DNA of 64,000 nucleotides from Azolla caroliniana (Eukaryota; Plantae; Polypodiophyta), in assembly GCA_043228905.1 (NCBI GenBank), contig JBHGNT010000005.1:11966001-12030000 (forward strand), written 5' to 3'. Under the pieces are notes generated by a model that saw only the letters and a list, made by a program, of their open reading frames with translations, was not told the origin of the DNA and did not search any database. The position numbers and the translations under genes were made by a program. This document shows positions 61,584 to 64,000 of the stretch, in pieces. How positions within the stretch are numbered: position 1 is the stretch's first letter; the number at the start of each line of letters is the position of its first letter.

Positions 61584-62979
61584 TTTTCTGTGTCGTTTCG
61601 CTTTGATACCACTTTGATAGGATACTTGTGTCCAACTATGCTCGGCCACAACCGAGACGTCGGATCAATCACAGAAAACAGGGATGTGGAGAGATGTATC
61701 TACGCACGAAACAATAAAGAAGAGAGTGCACATGCTGTTAACGTGGAAAACCCAAATATGGGAAAAAACCACGGCAGCCCTCAGACTACAAAATATCACT
61801 ATATCAAGATTACAACAATGGGGCACAGAGGCAACGACCTCTTGCTCCCTTGCTTCGCCACTAGGTGGTTACAACAGAGGCAACAATCTCTGTATATCGC
61901 TCTCGCTACCTCTCTTACACATTGTACAGAAGTTACAACAATAACTCTATCATCATCCTATTAAGTTTGCCTTAGGTCATATTTATACTAATATGACTTT
62001 CGGGCTATTTACAAATATAGCCCTAGTGGGCTCTCTGGAACATATTTGCATATATGTCCCTTCCATCCGATGAGAGGTTCTCACCCGGCCTGCAACATCC
62101 GGTTCTCACCGGGTCTTCCGTTGCCGGGTACTCCACATCTGGTTCTCACCGGGTCTTCCGTTGCCGGGTACGCCACATCCGGTTCTCATCGGGTCTTCCA
62201 TTGCCGGGTACTCCACATCTAGTTCTCACCGGGTCTTCCGTTGCCGGGTACGCTACATCCGGATTCGGCCTCGGCCGAGTTGCTCATCAACACGGTTCTT
62301 CTCACTTCCCATTCGGAGGGACATGTTTCATAACAGAAAGAAGCTGAGCCTATCTGAAAGCGGCGAATGACACTTCGAAATACCTCGAGTAGGAGCTCTC
62401 GAACAATACTTCGGGAATATTCAACCTCTGCGAAAGCATACAAAACACGGGACATACCAAACCCATTCTTTCGTGAAGTGGCAAAGTTTCTAATTGAAGT
62501 AGAGTGCATACACACTAATGCTTACGGGAGGCCAAAGCAGAAAGTGGGCATCGTCATTGCCACATTCGAGGGACATGCCATTGATTGGGGAGTCATCACT
62601 GAGAGAGGGCTTGCATGCATTTCAGGTAAGAAAAAAGCTTCGCCCCATCATCTAGCAATACTTAACAATACTATTCCCTCCCCGTGGCCTTCCCGCCCCG
62701 GAAATGGGCTGCCAAACAACCACGCCACGGTCAGCAAAGCGAAGACTAGCGGAACTCGTGGAGACGGAATGGGAGGAAGAAGAAAACCCGCGACAAACGG
62801 AAATCACCCCATCGCAAGAAAACTAGCTAATGACCCGCGTCCACCCTATCGAAACACAACCGACAAAGACCCAGGTCGAGGAAGAGATGACACGCGGGAG
62901 CCCGAGACCCAAGCGTAGGAGGTTGGAAAGGAAGGACGGTCACGGGCTTCTTAAAGACACAACCCCATGAGTCGAAAAC

Positions 62980-64000
62980 CCTTGTCCATCGGAATTTTAA
63001 CCGCCGGACATGGTGCGTAAAATATAAAATATAAAATATATTAGAAGCGTTAGGAAACGTATGTAAAGGTTCACATGAGGAGTGTGACCGACTAAAAGCC
63101 CTATGTATATATGTTGTCCGCCGGAATTGTGACCACCGGACATGGCCCGTAAAATATAAAATATAAAATACATTAGAAGCATTAGGAAATGAATGTAACG
63201 GTTCACGCGAGGTGCGTGAACGACTAAAAGCCCTGTGTATATAAAGGGCAGAAATCCTTTGTAAGAGGGAGCGCGTCATTTTTGGGAGTGAAGCTTTTGT
63301 AATGGAATCTTATCGTCTATTATCTCATTGTTTGTCTGTGTAAGTAGTTTACTATCTTGGCGCTGCATTTTGATTCGTAACTGTGGGTTGTAAGCGTAGG
63401 ATAAGTGCGTTCTCCCCTTCACACCGAAATGATATGGTTTCTTAGTATCCTGTTAGGACTCACGTCCAACACAGACCTGTTCCTTGTAAACACAATCACC
63501 TTGAAGTCTACCTCGAAGGATTGAGCGTAGACAGTGTTCCTAATCGGTAACACTTTTGGCACGCCTGTTGATCTATGATTCCTCACAGACGAGCAACAAG
63601 GAACTGATGTCTAGCCGTAGACGACCTAGAGAACCGATTCGACAGGCTCGACCACTGACGAGGTCTATCACTCGCTAGATAGAAGAGCGCGCTAAGCGAA
63701 AACCTCGTCTCAGTGACCACAACGTTTCCTTTCAGGAGTTCAAGATCGACCCCACGCTCACTGAACACCGCAACGTAAAGCAGGAAGCCTTGTTACCACA
63801 CAAAAACCATGGTCTTTCCTTGCCAACAGTCACCATAGTGTCAGGAATGTCTTTCTCCTACCCATGCTTCAATGGCGAAACAGACGTTGCAAGCCACATC
63901 TGGCTGTTCCTGAATGTTTGGAATGCTAATCATATGGCGTTGCGGTTTTCAGCAGCAGAAGCACACGAATCGACGATTGTAGAGTTCGGGTTAACTCTGG
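62980..64000 (+). mobile_element. Tat/Athila-like gypsy element: partial LTR (62980-63111), complete 5' LTR (63112-63552), PBS and start of gag
   Basis: TGTTG...TAACA LTR; PBS TGGCACGCC at 63557-63565. Gag SHIWLFLNVWNANH..EFGLTL is homologous to MHIRSFLNTWHANH..EFTLSL at 3835-4101. Confidence 0.8.

Larger units (their letters stand above)
56809..62335 (-). mobile_element. Full-length Ty1/copia element (Tnt1/Tto1-like), structurally complete but with a disrupted ORF
   Basis: Two 721-bp LTRs (56809-57529 and 61615-62335), 5-bp TSD GAAAG, PBS TGGTATCAAAGC at 61611-61600 and PPT GAAGGGGGAG near 57540. Gag-pol runs 61583-57540 with WVVDSGAS, FIDDHSR, QLDVKTAFLHG, YVDDML and ADML-like SDMLTK. Confidence 0.96.

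Overview
Eukaryotic, transposon-rich plant nuclear DNA, most likely from a fern. This is inferred from the PPR motif style, a Tcn1-like chromovirus and an RTEX-like LINE. A central gene island (about 23.7-38.7 kb) holds three genes: a 13-exon SEX4/DSP4 phosphoglucan phosphatase (minus), an intronless PLS-class PPR gene with an E domain but no DYW (plus), and a spliced 267-aa gene of unknown function (minus). Both flanks are nested retroelements: Tat/Athila-like and Tcn1-like Ty3/gypsy elements, several Ty1/copia elements (one full length, with LTRs, PBS, PPT and TSD), a full-length L1 with a 14-bp TSD, an RTEX-like LINE, several solo LTRs and two hAT MITEs. The strongest unusual signals are in the Tcn1-like chromovirus at 10.5-17.4 kb. 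It has a conserved -1 ribosomal frameshift cassette (UUUAAAC, an 11-bp stem and a possible pseudoknot) and a tRNA-independent self-priming PBS. Two copies are fused head-to-head exactly at the self-primer/PBS palindrome. It also has an antisense tRNA-like A/B-box module in its LTR U3, and a similar module recurs in an unrelated solo LTR with a 4-bp TSD. All coordinates and alignments were read by eye; no database searches were run.
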